The notes beneath the pieces were generated by a model. The model had not been told where the DNA came from. It saw only the letters and a list, made by a program, of their open reading frames with translations, and made no database searches. A stretch of DNA of 63,785 nucleotides, the filler included, from Reticulomyxa filosa (taxonomy: Eukaryota; Protista; Foraminifera), in NCBI GenBank assembly GCA_000512085.1. It is 12 parts of 12 records of this genome, joined end to end, with 100 filler letters (N's around TTAATTAATTAA, not from the genome) between each part and the next. Parts side by side here need not be neighbours in the genome. Positions count along the whole stretch, not along the records: positions 40,650 to 51,696 come from ASPP01013884.1; positions 51,797 to 54,197 come from ASPP01047458.1; positions 54,298 to 55,297 come from ASPP01040342.1; positions 55,398 to 57,289 come from ASPP01023879.1; positions 57,390 to 63,785 come from ASPP01026355.1; 7 more parts are not named here. One strand, given 5' to 3'. Both the position numbers and the translations under genes were made by a program. This document shows, in pieces, positions 49,477-62,762 of the stretch (positions are counted from its first letter, which is position 1; each line of letters opens with the position of its first letter).

Positions 49477-50241
49477 TTATTGTCGATATTCCCCCATTTG
49501 TTTGGCAATACTTCTGGTCCAAAATAGGTTATACTTGTATACTTCCTGTGTTGCAATGACGCATTGTCGCAATGAACTTTTTTCATCCTGTGTCGTTACC
49601 AAAACATTTGTTTTGTATTTGAATACAGATCTCATGAGCAACAAAACAACACTGTACTTAACCTCACAAGTTGGTCGTCTGATCCTCCATTGATTAAAAC
49701 ACTTAGTCATCTTCTTTGCTTCGTTTGCACAGGGTGATGCATCCATATTTGTTTGCATAAATGTCACATAAATGGGGCATTTATGTAAATTTTCGTCAAA
49801 GTTTTTTTCAACACATTCCCTGTTTTATTTTATTTTTTTTATTGTTGTCAATGGGGGTTATTTTACCTTGTTTTTTTTTGTGCTGTCAACTTTATACACA
49901 TATGCAACAAATTTAACACACACATAATATTTTGCACATTCGCCACACTCTCGTGCAGTCAAACGTTTGTCGAATGCCAATGCACATCGATATAATTGAG
50001 TAAATCTCCAGGCACAAGGGCCACGTAGTTCTTGATAACAATATTCACAGTTTTTTGCTGCTTCCTATTTGTTGGTAACATTGTTTGGAAATTGTTACGT
50101 CGATTCTTTTGTGTTGTTGTCTAAGCAGTTCCAAACCTCTACAACAGCGTCACGAATAAGCCCGTAGTTAATTGCATCGGTTCGAATTTTGTCCAATTTT
50201 GCATGACACAAGTTTACATCGAAATCATTATTATTATTCAT
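49477..50241 (-). CDS. Putative tandem CHCH/GCK-like (CX9C) cysteine-motif protein
   Basis: After a ~72-nt intron: CEYC...GPCAWRFTQLYRC (CX9C). Later: KCP...SPCANEAKKMTKCF (CX9C). The middle splice junctions are uncertain. Confidence 0.45.
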
Positions 50242-50968
50242 GATTAATCAGCTTTTGTGTTCAATATAGTTGAGATGTCCCTAAAAAAAATTGCCTGGGT
50301 TAGAAACGATTTTTAAAGTAAATGAAACTAAAAGATTGTTGATGTAAAATAGGCCAATGAAAATTAAATTATAATATAACTTTGGCACTACAGTAAACAT
50401 TTGTTGAATAGCTGGTCTTTATATCTTTTTGATTATATTCTTTGAATCGTGCTGGTTTGTTATAATGAATGTAATCTGCTGAAGATAGCACATTACAATT
50501 GTAATGCGGCGCGTTTGCTGTTTTTAGTCAATTCAAACAAAATGAACAAAATAGACAAAAGCAACTTTTGCTTTTACAAGAGAATGTTCCTGAACATCCA
50601 GGATATGGATGGTATTGAAAATGCCATCAGATAAAATCAAACTATTGGCTTTCACAAAGCATTTAACATCATAACTAAATGAAATAAAGTAAATTGTGAC
50701 AATTCATCTAGCTTCTTCATGAGACTTCACTCATTCAACTTTGTATTTTTAAATTATTTATTTTGGTCGACTTAAGCTACCTGCTTAGTTATTTCTTCTT
50801 TCTAATTTTAAGAAGAAACAATCTGTTTTTTATTGACGCTAAAAGACACGTGCAACAACTGCGTTAGATTGGTGTATAATATTGTTATTCGCTCTTTAGC
50901 AAATTAGCGGACAGGTTGGAAGAGATTGAACTTCTCCCGACTATGTCCTGCTTTAAAAGTTGTTAAAG

Positions 50969-51320
50969 ATGCGACAAAAGCGAAACAATCAAAACATTGT
51001 GAAATTTTCACTGCTATTTTGGTTTTCTTGTGTGATTGTGATCGCAGGAATATTGTTTGGTCTGTCTTTTTTCTTTTCTCCAGTACAAGTGACAGTAATT
51101 CAGCACGCAACATCATTCAATGTGGGTACAGTGAATGTTCAGTTAGTCGAAGCAAAAAGCGAGCAGCAAAAGCTAGAAAGCGTGTTACATTGGGAACACA
51201 CATTGGCTAATGTAACCAAAAATAGTAATAGCAACAATAGTGACAACGTCACTATTAGCCGTACTACCAATAATAATAAAAGTAGAAATAAAAATGGCAA
51301 TAATAACAATGATAAAAATG

Positions 51321-51359
<39 letters not shown>

Positions 51360-51676
51360 GCAATAACAAAAGCAAAGATAATAGTAACACAAACGACAAC
51401 ATGCATAGCAACAGCAATGGCAATGATAAGCGTGTACTATCTCATCACAACCAGACGCTACAAGCAGGCTCTCAATCTCCAGGCACGATAAAGTGTGACC
51501 TATTCATACACTACCACAATGTTCGAACGGCAAGTCTTTTTGTCAATGGTTTTGCCAAGTATTATTGGGGCGACTACTTTCGTGTCTTTATGTCCCAACA
51601 AACATCGTACCAACGTTTGGGTTCCGCAAGTGTCGCTATTGTTTCCTTAATTAAGCCACGTTCCTCTTCGGGTCAT
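50969..51676 (+). CDS. Type II membrane protein with poly-Asn stalk (partial)
   Basis: Basic N-terminus, TM (FSLLFWFSCVIVIAGILFGLSFFF), Asn-rich linker, globular part cut by the contig end. Confidence 0.55.
51323..51358 (+). repeat. (AAT)12 microsatellite encoding poly-Asn
   Basis: Perfect AAT run. Confidence 0.85.
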
Positions 51677-51696
51677 ATTTTTTTTTTTTTTTTTTT

Positions 51697-51796
51697 NNNN
51701 NNNNNNNNNNNNNNNNNNNNNNNNNNNNNNNNNNNNNNNNTTAATTAATTAANNNNNNNNNNNNNNNNNNNNNNNNNNNNNNNNNNNNNNNNNNNN
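51697..51796. other. Artificial contig spacer
   Basis: N44-TTAATTAATTAA-N44. Confidence 0.97.
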
Positions 51797-52360
51797 ATTT
51801 AATCTCATCACTGGCAATGAATTTGCTCTTTTATCATCTTGATGACGTTGATAATCTTCATATCCATCTTTTGCTGCACTTACTGATAATATAAATAATA
51901 ATGGCATTACACTTGTCCAAACACTAAAAGGAGTAATTCCTGGAACTGTTTGAATAGCAATTATCATTAAAAAATATATATTTGCTATTCGACGGAACTA
52001 TATTATATTATATACATATATATATTATATATACACATATACATACACATATGCATATATACACATATATGCATATATCACCTGCTCAAACAAATTCAAC
52101 GGAATAAATGTCAATATTGTATATTTACTTGATGTTATCACATTATCTGGATATTCTTGACTTTGATCATTCAGAAATGAGTCATCATTTATTAATAAAT
52201 AATAATAATCATTTATTGTTTCATTATTTTCCTTTTTTTCCGTGTCCTGACTTTCGTTTATTGTCGAGGTTCTCGCTTTTTCTTTTGCATCAATGGAATC
52301 TGAAGAAGTTTTCGTATCACTGCTTCTCTTAAACGTCAAATACCCCCCTTTTGAACTCAT
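51797..52360 (-). CDS. P4-type ATPase (phospholipid flippase), 5' part
   Basis: YPDNVITSSKYTILTFIPLNLFEQ|FRRIANIYFL...PLLFILSVSAAKDGYEDYQRH..D...N. Confidence 0.92.
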
Positions 52361-52929
52361 CTTCTTGTTTCAAAGCTAGTAAGTTCAACTTTCAATTCAA
52401 AAAAAAGATCGTCGTTCTTTTTTTTGACCAAAAAAAAACTAGTAACGTAAAACTGTCCCCATAATCCTTTTGTCGTGTTCGCAAGATTTTTACTAGTAGC
52501 AAGAGTTGTAATTCGGTAATTTGCAGTAATTACAACAATACTATGAAATTTATTTACATTTAGAGAAACATTACTGTTGCATTACCATACTAAATGTTTC
52601 ATCTTTGGTAGAACGGAAATATATATCCAGTGACCGAAATTTCTTTCAAGTTCGTGTCATTAGCAAAAATATAAAATTTTATTACTATTCGGAAATGTAT
52701 TTTTATTTGAATATTTTTTTTGGAAATTTTGGTGATGATACAGAAAACGAAATCGAGAATAAGATGAGAAAGCCACAATTTCCCAATAATAAATGTGGAA
52801 AACTTGTAGTAAAAGTTCTCACTACCGAACGCATTCACGACAAATAAAATTTGCAAAGTGAAGCATATAAAAAGCCTCACCCCCAAAAACAAAAACGTTT
52901 TAAAAAATAAAACAACTAAAAGTTTCAAA

Positions 52930-54131
52930 TTATAAAGTTGTCAAGTAAGTGACACCAGGTAATTCTTTTCCTTCTAACAATTCCAAGCTTGCTCCACCGC
53001 CAGTGCTGACATGGCTTACTTTATCTTCCAACTTCAAGTTGGCAATAGCCGCTGCCGAGTCACCTCCACCGACAATGGTTATCGCACCCTTGGCAGTTGC
53101 GTCGACCATGGCTTGGCACATGGCTGTTGTTCCTTTTCCAAAGTTTTTAAACTCAAACACGCCAGGAGGGCCATTCCACATGATGGTCTTCGCCTTTGCA
53201 ATGATCTATCATAATACAATTCACATAATAAAAAAAAATGAGGACATTATCAATATTAATTTTTTTTTGGTTTGTCTAAATATTTTGCACATTGTCAAAT
53301 TTTCTTAAAACATTGTTGCAAAAATTTCAATAATTATACTTTAAAAAAATATATATACGTTAAATAAGAAAAAACTCAACTTCAGCGAACAATTTGATCG
53401 ACTCTGGGCCAATGTCCATTCCAATGAAATCATCAGGAATTCCGTCTTTAATGGAAAACGTTTGGATGGTGGTTTCGTCTTTGAATTCCTTTCCGCAAAC
53501 AAAGTCAACTGGTAAAATAATTTTCACTTTTTTCGATTCTGCTTTTTTCCACAAGTCGTTGACAATCTTTGCTCCTTCTTGATCGAACAACGATTTGCCA
53601 ATCTTGGCGTTGTGCAACACTTTCAAAAACGTGAAGCACATTCCTCCGCCAATGATCATTTCGTCTACGCGATCCAACAGTGATTCAATCACTTTTATTT
53701 TATCCGTTACTTTCGCACCTCCTTTGTCCCACAGACACAAACATGATGTTTTTAAAAATTCTTTCATTATTTTATTGCAATAGTTTTTTTTTTTGAAATA
53801 CTTATTTTTAAAATTTATAAAAAGGGGGCAAAAAAAAAAAAAACGAACACATTTTTTTTAAATTAGAAAAAAACAAACCGAGGATGGCCAAATAAGGTCT
53901 CTTAGGATCAGCCAAGGCAGTGTTGAAATAGGTCAATTCTTTTTCGACCAACAATCCGGCAGCACGTAGGGGCACATTCACACCTACCATGCTGCTATGT
54001 GGTCGGTGGCAAGTTCCAAACGCATCATTCACATACAAATCCGCCAATGATGTCAGACACGCACAAAATTTTTTAATGGCTTCTTTGTCTGCCTTTGCTG
54101 GCTTATTGTCTTTATCCACACCCTTTCCTTC
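52930..54131 (-). CDS. PGK: Phosphoglycerate kinase, 3' part
   Basis: [17 protein letters not shown]|[55 protein letters not shown]. Confidence 0.96.
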
Positions 54132-54197
54132 CTGTAAAAAAAAAACACATCAATCAATGTCTTTTATTTCAACAATAACCTCATTCAAGTATACGTA

Positions 54198-54297
54198 NNN
54201 NNNNNNNNNNNNNNNNNNNNNNNNNNNNNNNNNNNNNNNNNTTAATTAATTAANNNNNNNNNNNNNNNNNNNNNNNNNNNNNNNNNNNNNNNNNNNN
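54198..54297. other. Artificial contig spacer
   Basis: N44-TTAATTAATTAA-N44. Confidence 0.97.
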
Positions 54298-54359
54298 GAA
54301 CGCCTTCATCACAATGAAGAGAGAGAGAGAGAGAAAGAGCAAAGAAAAAGATAAAAAAG

Positions 54360-54860
54360 GAGCAATACTTCCAGGATGGATAAACGAGCTTCGTAACAAT
54401 GACAGCAAATGGATAAGTCGTTGCCACATGGATTGGGACAACTACCGGAAAAATCTGACTCTGTTCAAAATCCTCTTTTCCACTTTATGAGGAGAGAATT
54501 AGATATCGCCTCGAGAGAGTGTTGAGGAGCGTAAAGAATGCAATTGAGTCAGCTCATTCAATTCACCGACGGCAATATCAAAGCCACAAACGAACCGAGA
54601 AAAGTGGTACACAACTTGTCCAAAGAAATGATCCCAAAGCAATGGTCGTTATACGTAGTTGGTGGGAATTTGAGTGTCACATATTGGATGTTAAACTTTA
54701 TTAAACGAGCAAAACAATTAAATTCGATGACACAAATCAATTACATCCAAGACTCTTATCAAAAATGCCTATGGTTGGGCGATATCTTCAGTCCTGAGGG
54801 ATTCATGGCTGCAACCAGACAATACGCTACTCGAAAAAATATGGACAAACACTGGTCTTC
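54360..54860 (+). pseudogene. Cytoplasmic dynein heavy chain C-terminal-domain fragment
   Basis: NPLFHFMRREL; IPKQW..Y.V...SV..W...F..R..QL; LWLG.IFSPEGF..ATRQY...WS. Frameshifted and ends abruptly. Confidence 0.75.
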
Positions 54861-55297
54861 GGGGCCATTAGTTTTATCACCAAAACGTCCACTACATCTG
54901 TTTTTTTCTTTGAAAGGAAACGATAAATAAAAAAAATGTTTTTATTTAATTTTTTTTAAATATCTTGTGCAAAAAAGGCGTTTTATATCATTTTCCCATG
55001 ACAGAAGACACTCAGTTGGAAAATTAATTCATCAAGAGCGATCATTTAAGCGAATACGCTCTTCGGTAGCAGTTTCAAACAGAATCATATTCAGTACTGT
55101 GTTGGTAATAGATTTTCATTTTTTTTCATGGGGTACTTATGAACAAGTAATTTTTTTGTTTTAATTTATAGTTTACTCAAAATTATAGGAAATGGTAATT
55201 TGAACGCGCAAAAAACAATTGATTAGCCCATAAATACGTTCAAAAAAGTAATAATTTTGTCGTTTTGGTGAACAATAAAAGAAAATAAAATGGATAA

Positions 55298-55397
55298 NNN
55301 NNNNNNNNNNNNNNNNNNNNNNNNNNNNNNNNNNNNNNNNNTTAATTAATTAANNNNNNNNNNNNNNNNNNNNNNNNNNNNNNNNNNNNNNNNNNNN
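55298..55397. other. Artificial contig spacer
   Basis: N44-TTAATTAATTAA-N44. Confidence 0.97.
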
Positions 55398-55450
55398 TCA
55401 AAATGAAAAGTGGTTCAATGAACCAAAAAAAAAAAAAAAAGTGATATCTC

Positions 55451-56191
55451 TCACCCAATCAAAAATTTTTTTTTTATGTGTAATACGAAAGGATAAAAAA
55501 AAAAAAAAATACGTAACACATCGATTAGGGTGGTCACAACTAATATTGGAAGCACAAGACGTTTAGTAATCCATGTGGAATTGCCAAGACTGGAACGATA
55601 GCGTACGTACCACGTACTTGTCTGTGCTGTGGTAATAGGGTTCATGTCATCGTCCATCGGCGCTGTAATAAACTGCTTCCATTTTTCTTGACTCGAATAT
55701 ATGGCGTATTTCAAATCGTACAATATTAGAAAAGCTCGCAACAGAAACAGCTGCGAAAATGGATCGAACACCAGTTCGACCAATGCTATTCTTATTTTGT
55801 CATACATCTGTCCATTCTTTATCGCGTTACTCGAATCCTTTTGCCAGTCAATCAGAAATAAATCTGGGATATACATCATCGCCACTAATAGGTAACATAT
55901 GCCAAACCCATTTATTGCCACCACTAAGTAAGGGTGTCGTGGATGTAGAGCTGCCACATCCTTTTTTTTTTTGTTGTGTTGTTGTCCGTTTTTCATTTTT
56001 TATTTTTTATTTTTTTTAAATAAAAAGGTTCATTAGAGCGCTCATACTTAAAAGATTGCCTGCTTTTAGAATTATTTAACATTTACCTTCAACCTCCAAT
56101 AATAATATGTATAATAAATTAACACTGGGACATATATAAAGCCTAAGAGAAGTTCTGTGAGGCCAATCACGACAGAAATAAGAGATGGCAT
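55451..56191 (-). CDS. Multi-pass membrane protein (7TM-like), 5' part
   Basis: MPSLISVVIGLTELLLGFIYVPVLIYY..., PRHPYLVV..., LFLLRAFLILYD, further hydrophobic helices; runs to the contig edge. Confidence 0.5.
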
Positions 56192-56435
56192 TCTTCGAAG
56201 AGTTTTTTTTAAAAATAGATTTTTTTTGTGTTACACAAAACACTTGCACAGATTGGTGTATTACGATTTTACACTTCTAATTTAAAAAAACAACAACTTT
56301 GTACCTTCTTTTAATTGCTTCTTTTTTTTATTAGCTAAAAAAAAAATAGTGCCAAGTTGCTCATAATACCTCACACTTTGTAAAAAAAGTAGCATATTTA
56401 AGACAGCAAAAATAATACAAGAATCATATGTCAAC

Positions 56436-57243
56436 ATGTTTAATGCAACAAAAGTGAATGTAAAAAGTTCGGCAACAAATCAGAACACTGAAGGACATCG
56501 TGAAGAGGTCGCGCCTTCACTCTCATTTGGTACGCAAGAAAGCAAAGTGAAAGTGATCATACGAGCAAGGCCACTGGTAACTCGTGAACTGGGACTTAAT
56601 TCCCAATTTTGCCTCGAATTTAAAGACAAGACTTCTGTTGTTGCTCATGTTTAGTGTTTCTCGGCTATTTCTTGAAGCCTAAATTACTTTTCAAGATGAT
56701 ATTATCAAAAATAACTTAATTGTTGAATATATTTTGGAAAGGGAGATCCAAAAATCCAGCAACAAACCAAACAATTTACTTTCGATTGTGTATTAAACAA
56801 TAAAAGTAAACAATCGGAAGTTTTCGAAAGTGGACCAAAAGCTATTGTTGAAAAGAGTTTACAAGGATATAACGGATGTGTTTTTGTTTACGGACAAACA
56901 GGCTCAGGAAAAACGTATGTAATAAACAACGAACTGATAATGGAAAAACAATAATTGATGATAAAAACACGTGTTATATTCAGACTTATGTTTTAAAAAT
57001 GAAAAATTATGTGTACATCTTTCAAAACTCCATAGCTACACCATGTATGGAGATAAACAATCTCCAGGTGTTATATTTCAAAGTGTTCAATATATTTACG
57101 AACATATTTCCGCAAACAAAGACAAAAAGAAATACGAACTATCTTTAACGTTTTTGGAAATTTACAATGAAGAATTGAAAGATTTGTTACAGCCCGACAA
57201 TACTGCTCCGAAACAACTTAAAATACGAGAGGATAATAAAAAA
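56436..57243 (+). CDS. Kinesin motor protein, 5' part
   Basis: VKVIIRARPL, FTFDCV, GYNGCVFVYGQTGSGKT|YTMYG, FLEIYNEELKDLL, LKIRED. Confidence 0.93.
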
Positions 57244-57289
57244 GTTCAATTGTATTTTTTTAAAAGAAAAAGGGGTTTATTAAAAAAAA

Positions 57290-57389
57290 NNNNNNNNNNN
57301 NNNNNNNNNNNNNNNNNNNNNNNNNNNNNNNNNTTAATTAATTAANNNNNNNNNNNNNNNNNNNNNNNNNNNNNNNNNNNNNNNNNNNN
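57290..57389. other. Artificial contig spacer
   Basis: N44-TTAATTAATTAA-N44. Confidence 0.97.
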
Positions 57390-57570
57390 TATTAAGTAGA
57401 TTTTTTTTGTTGTTGTTGCTCCTTTCGGAACTTTCTGGTTGTTGCATTTTAATACTTTCAATTTTTGTATAGCAATAAACAAATCACAAAATAAACACAA
57501 TTTGTTTTATGTTTGTTTTTTTTTCTCCCCCTTTCTTTGACTTGTTTCCCCCAAAAAAAAAAAAAAAAAG

Positions 57571-60500
57571 GTTTGACGGAGGAAAGGCGTACTACCGTCA
57601 ACGAGGTCGCAGCGATGAAGAGACAAACCAACAACGGACAGACGACACGAATGCGCTGGTGAGTGGAAGTGCGCCTCTTGCAGACGATAACGAATCAACA
57701 TTGGACGCAGGAGCGCACGAAGCGGGACAACGAAACGGCTTGGCTACGATAAATATTCAAATGGATCCCAACCAATCCCACAATTTAGTGACCACTTTGC
57801 GTCACAACTTGTATGTAACCAGCACCTCCAGTTCAACCGCAAAAGCAAATATCACTTCTTTGAACGATTATGGTGGCATTCGTAATTCGGCTGGCGCTCT
57901 TCAAAATGATGAACACATTGCATTTTCTCACATTAAAGTTCAACGAGGACCGAAAAACCAAAAAAAAAAAAAAAAAAATTGTCTCTCTCTCTGTAGACTT
58001 ATATACATATGTATATATCTTAAAACATGTATTATACCTTTTTTTAAATAAATAAATAAATAATAATAAAAAAAAAGACTGGCCGTAAATCAAATAAAAG
58101 AAAAAACAAAGAAAAAGAGAAAGATAAAGAACGAGAAAAAGAAAAAGGCAAACGTCGTACGGGCGGTGGCAAAGCGTTTCAGTCGAAATATCCCAATTTG
58201 AAAGACAACGACGTGAAAGAGATTTTGGCACAAATCAATTTGCAGCCCGACAGACTGAGGGATACTCAATCGGGTGAACCCAATGCAAAAAGTTTTGCTT
58301 TGTCGAACAAACAAACAAACAAACAGCATGTAAAGCTTGTCACATGCACACATCATTGTCCAATCAATTTCAGCAAAGCAGGCGAACCATATAACAAATC
58401 TCACCAAAACAAAACCAATCTATATTTGCATATACATATGAATATATACATATCCACACATTAACATTCATATGTGTGGATATGTATATATAGTATATTT
58501 TAACATCAAAAAAAAAAAAAAAAAAAATTGTATAATAAAAAATAAAAAAGACGATCGTCAGGTATGGTCTTGTGTTCGCCCAATTGTGTGCCACAAAAGC
58601 AATACCCCGTTTTATGCTCAATGTAGCACAGCGAAACTAGGATACTGCACATGGTGCAAAAAGCTGTGTCGTGGGAATCAAAAGCAAGGGTCTATTTGCA
58701 TTAGTTGTGGTGAACGCTTGACGGCCAAGTACCACCGCTGGTACCCCGAATTAGTGCGCTTGGAGCCATTGCAGAAGACACGGAACAAAGACATGTACCG
58801 CAAATATAAGCCGCTGTTGGAAAAGTTCAACATTACATGGCACGACGAAAAAGGATTAGACTTTGTGGTAAATAACTACATGCTAATGAAAATTTGGGTC
58901 AGTGACGAAAAGTTTAGCATTCAAGCCATGCATATGGAGCGCATTTACATGGTTGGAGTTTTTGCTGGACGTGAGTTCACTACTGGCGCTTTGGCGAGGA
59001 AATTGTTGCGAGAGGGGCTCCATTTGGAAATGTTCCGCGCTGATTTCCCCAACTTTTTTGAGGTATTTGTTGCTATCTTCCAAACTTGAAAGAGAGAGAG
59101 AGAGAGAGACAGCATATATTGTATATCAGTGTTAATACACATGGAATATGCATATGAACAACATAACATATTCATGTTTCATAAATAGTATTTGAGAGAT
59201 CAACGCGCGGCTGTCGCGGAACAATTGAATGCAATGTTTTTTGAAGGAAAAAACCCGTGCTATTTTCACGCGCATCACACAAATATCGAGGGCTGGTTTG
59301 ACTCTTCGTACGTGTCGAGCGAGATGCTCGCGGACAAGTTCAAAAACCTATGCAACCAAGTGGTTCAACAAATGGCATCCACGTCAACGCACGTGCCGAA
59401 CAAAGGTTTGAGTCATCAGCCTTTCGAACTGAACAAACAGCAAAGCTCTGACACGCAAGGTAGTGAGGGAGGAAATGAAAGTGTAATCCATCCTAGCACG
59501 ATTGTATTCAAAGATGTCTCCTCGGGATCGGGGATGAGATCAAGCTCAGGAGTAGGATTGGGCATGGGTTTGGGTTAGGACTGGAATTGGGAGGAGTGCG
59601 ATTGAAGTCGACGAATATGGACAACGCGAATAATGCAAACAGCAGCAATAACGCGAATAATAGCAATAACAATAATATCAATAATATCAATAATATCAAT
59701 ATTAATAATATTAACAGTAACAGTAACAATAACAATAACAATAACAGTGGCAATAATAGCAATGGAAATAACAGTAGCAACATCAATGGTAGTAACAATA
59801 ACGATGTAAACAACAGTAATAACAATAGCAGTAACGTAAGCAAGTTGTTTGGGATGAATCCAGGAATTGGTTTAAATTTTGTCGCGGGCAATAACTTGTT
59901 GAGTGGTTCAATGAACACTAGTTCAATAAACACTAGTTCAATGAACACCAGTTCATTGATGATGCAATCCAACTCTTTGCCACCGAGTTCGAGTGTGACA
60001 TTGCCTATCCCCTCATTGATGGCCTCGACGGTTGGAAACACCAGCACAAGTTCTGTTAACAGTCTCAGCAGTATCGGTAACATGGCGGGCGCAAATCCCT
60101 CTCCTTCACACCACCAGTACCCGTATCAGCAACCCATGTCTGCATTGATCACGACTCCGTTGACATTGATGGGCCTGAGTCACCCCAATGCAGGGGACAC
60201 GATCGGCAACAGCACTGCCAATGTCAGTATGGGCATGGGCATGAACCTACCTTTTATGAACACCACTCCTCGGTTGATGGGCACGGGTTTTGGATTGAGT
60301 TTGCATTCCCCGTCCATGAGTGGAAATGTCGGCAACTATTCTTCGCCGTCGAGAAACAGCAACAGCGTTACGAGTATGGGAATGCATCCTGGAATAACGG
60401 GTATTGCCTCCACTCACCGTGGGCTCGGCATTGGGGTGGACATGATGGAATCGACCACACATATTAACCCAACTTTCGACAATAAACACAAACATGCGAA

Positions 60501-61216
60501 TCAAAACATTTCTGGCGGTGGACTACATGCAATGGACGACAGTAACCACAGAAGGATCCACGTCATTGATAACGTGTCTACTCTCAAAACAACCAATATG
60601 CATCCTCTAAACCCATACACGACCTCGTCGTTGTTCACAAACTTGCCTCCGTCCAAATCACTTGGACTAATGATCGACAGCTCCCTCATTTCGCCAACTG
60701 GCGTTAGTAGTGCAAACAATAGCACTGCAAACATTCCATCGGTCACTCGAGTCGAGTCGGGAGGGTCCGTCTTCGGACCTACTCTACACAACTCCTCGAT
60801 GGGACACTTGTCCACTGACACATTACCGATAGTCACTGGTATTCCGACATTGCCAAGACAACTTTCTTCTGGTTTCGTATACGTATTAATTTATTTTATG
60901 TTGGACAAAGGAGGGGGAGGGGGGAGGGAGGAGGGGAGGAGCAATGATGTAATAATAACAATAATAATTACAATGATAATGATAAATAGGTACTGCTGCT
61001 ATTTCAAGAGCACTAGGTTATCAAGGACCAATGCCAGGTCAAAGCTCGCCAAGATTATTGAACGCCACTAACCTAATTCGTGTTGAACAAAATTCCACCA
61101 CGGATACTGCACATTTGTTGACCCCACCAATCTCACCTGATATTAGTGTCGGAACCAACAAACAATTCAAATTTCCAATTCAATCCAACAACTCAAATTC
61201 ATCTAATATGCCATAG
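57571..61216 (+). CDS. Large hypothetical protein with a Cys-rich (zinc-ribbon-like) segment and long N/S/M/G-rich low-complexity tail (5' incomplete)
   Basis: GC-richer exons 57571-57940, 58078-58290, 58551-59062, 59190-60871, 60990-61216; CTWCKKLC...CISCG. Confidence 0.6.
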
Positions 61217-62169
61217 CTGCATTCTTCAATTTAAAATACTTTTTTCCTTCAATGTTTGTTTATTTTTTTTTTTTTTTACCTTCCAACAAAGATAAAAGCT
61301 TTTTTTCTATTTATCTTTTTTTTTTTTTTTTGGTTGGTCTACTTTTATCTTCAAACACCATGTTTTTATTTTATTATTATTATTTTTGTCGCTATTTCTT
61401 TCCAATTTTTATTATTTTTGATCCTCTTGCAGCTTTATTCAAGGAAAACTGTCTTGTTCCTTTTGTGAAAAATGTCAATGCCCGAATAGAAGGGATGGGA
61501 AGGGGAAGGGAAACAGAGGGTGAAAGGGCAGGAAAAAATTGTTACATTGATTTGTTGTGTTTAGGAAAATAAAACGGCCTGTTTGGTAATACTTTGTATT
61601 AAATTTTCCATCTGTATCTTTTGCTGTTTCAACAACAAGTTTAAATCCAAGCTTTGTATGTCTGGGGTGTGTTGTTTCTGATGGACGCCACAGGTGAATA
61701 TCTTAGTCACTTGAGAACAAGCGGATGTCGTGTCAACTGTTCTTCTTTGCATCTATTTGTTCTCTTCATCATGAAGAATTTCTTTGTGGCGCCACTTTAA
61801 CTGAATTTCATCGCATTGTAATCCAAGTGTCTTTTTTTTGCCTTGTTGGATTCTACTTGAAAAGGAAAAATAAATGATTATTAATTAGATTACCAAGTAT
61901 GGCAAACACTTGGCTCGAATGCCCAAGTATTTGATTTGTTTTAAAATCATGAAATTGTAAAACTTTTTAGATCTAAAAAAAATTATGTTATAATTTTAAA
62001 AAAATGAAAAAAGAAAGGCTGCATTGTTGTCACATATGATGCTGTTATTAACATTATTTGGATCTTAGTTGCTGACGATTTGCGTGATAATATGATAATC
62101 TTGTAGTGTCAATACATATACACTGAATTGTGACACATTATCTTTCTTAACACAGCTTTAGATAATTAG

Positions 62170-62270
62170 ATAGCAACGGACTTCTTTTCTTCACTGCGGT
62201 GAATCTACTCAACCACATGAACAGACTTTTCCGGAGGATCAATATTGACATTAATCACAAGATTTATTCA
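62170..62270 (-). pseudogene. DEAD-box helicase C-terminal fragment
   Basis: INLVIN..DPP...VE*IHRS...VAI resembles VINYD.P...eYiHR(iGRtgR)..G.AI. Confidence 0.35.
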
Positions 62271-62419
62271 CATATTTTGCAACTTATTGGCATGCTTTTT
62301 CTTATATCATAAAACATTTTTTCAAGATTTCATTATAATTTTTTTAAAATTGCATCATATGATCTTTAGCTACAACAAATATCTAAAATTCATTCATTAA
62401 ATAGTAATGATTTTCCTGA

Positions 62420-62762
62420 AGATGGAGGACTTTTTTCTTTACAAAATTCTTTGGAATTAGCAAAAAAATCTTTAATGCAAATACCAATTCATGGATCTCG
62501 TGAAATATTAGTTTTGTATGTGTGTATTTATAATTTGATAAATAATCCATATATTAAGTTAATAACAGGCTCTCTTTCTACAGTTGATCCAGATGATATA
62601 TTTTATACTATAAAATCATTAAAACAATATAAAATTAGTGTACATATATTAAGTTTGTCCGCAGAATTAAATATCTTAAAAATGGTAAGTGAAGCAACAA
62701 ATGGAGATTTTAATGTAATATTAGACGAACAACATTTTAAAGAATGTTTACTAGCTGAAGTC
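62420..62762 (+). pseudogene. GTF2H2: TFIIH p44/Ssl1 vWA-domain fragment
   Basis: FSLQNSLELAKKSL..IP.HGSREILV...SLSTVDP.DI..TI..L......LSAE..I......T.G...V.LDE.HF. Confidence 0.8.

Noticed and set aside
14220-57389. Eleven identical N-flanked TTAATTAATTAA blocks as a biological repeat or array
   Set aside because: Fixed 100-bp length, N padding and six-frame stops mark an artificial concatenation spacer
59508-60083. Leu/Ile-rich antisense ORFs (also 736-1200, 51139-51423, 51185-51491)
   Set aside because: Shadows of Asn-rich AAT/AAC repeats on the coding strand
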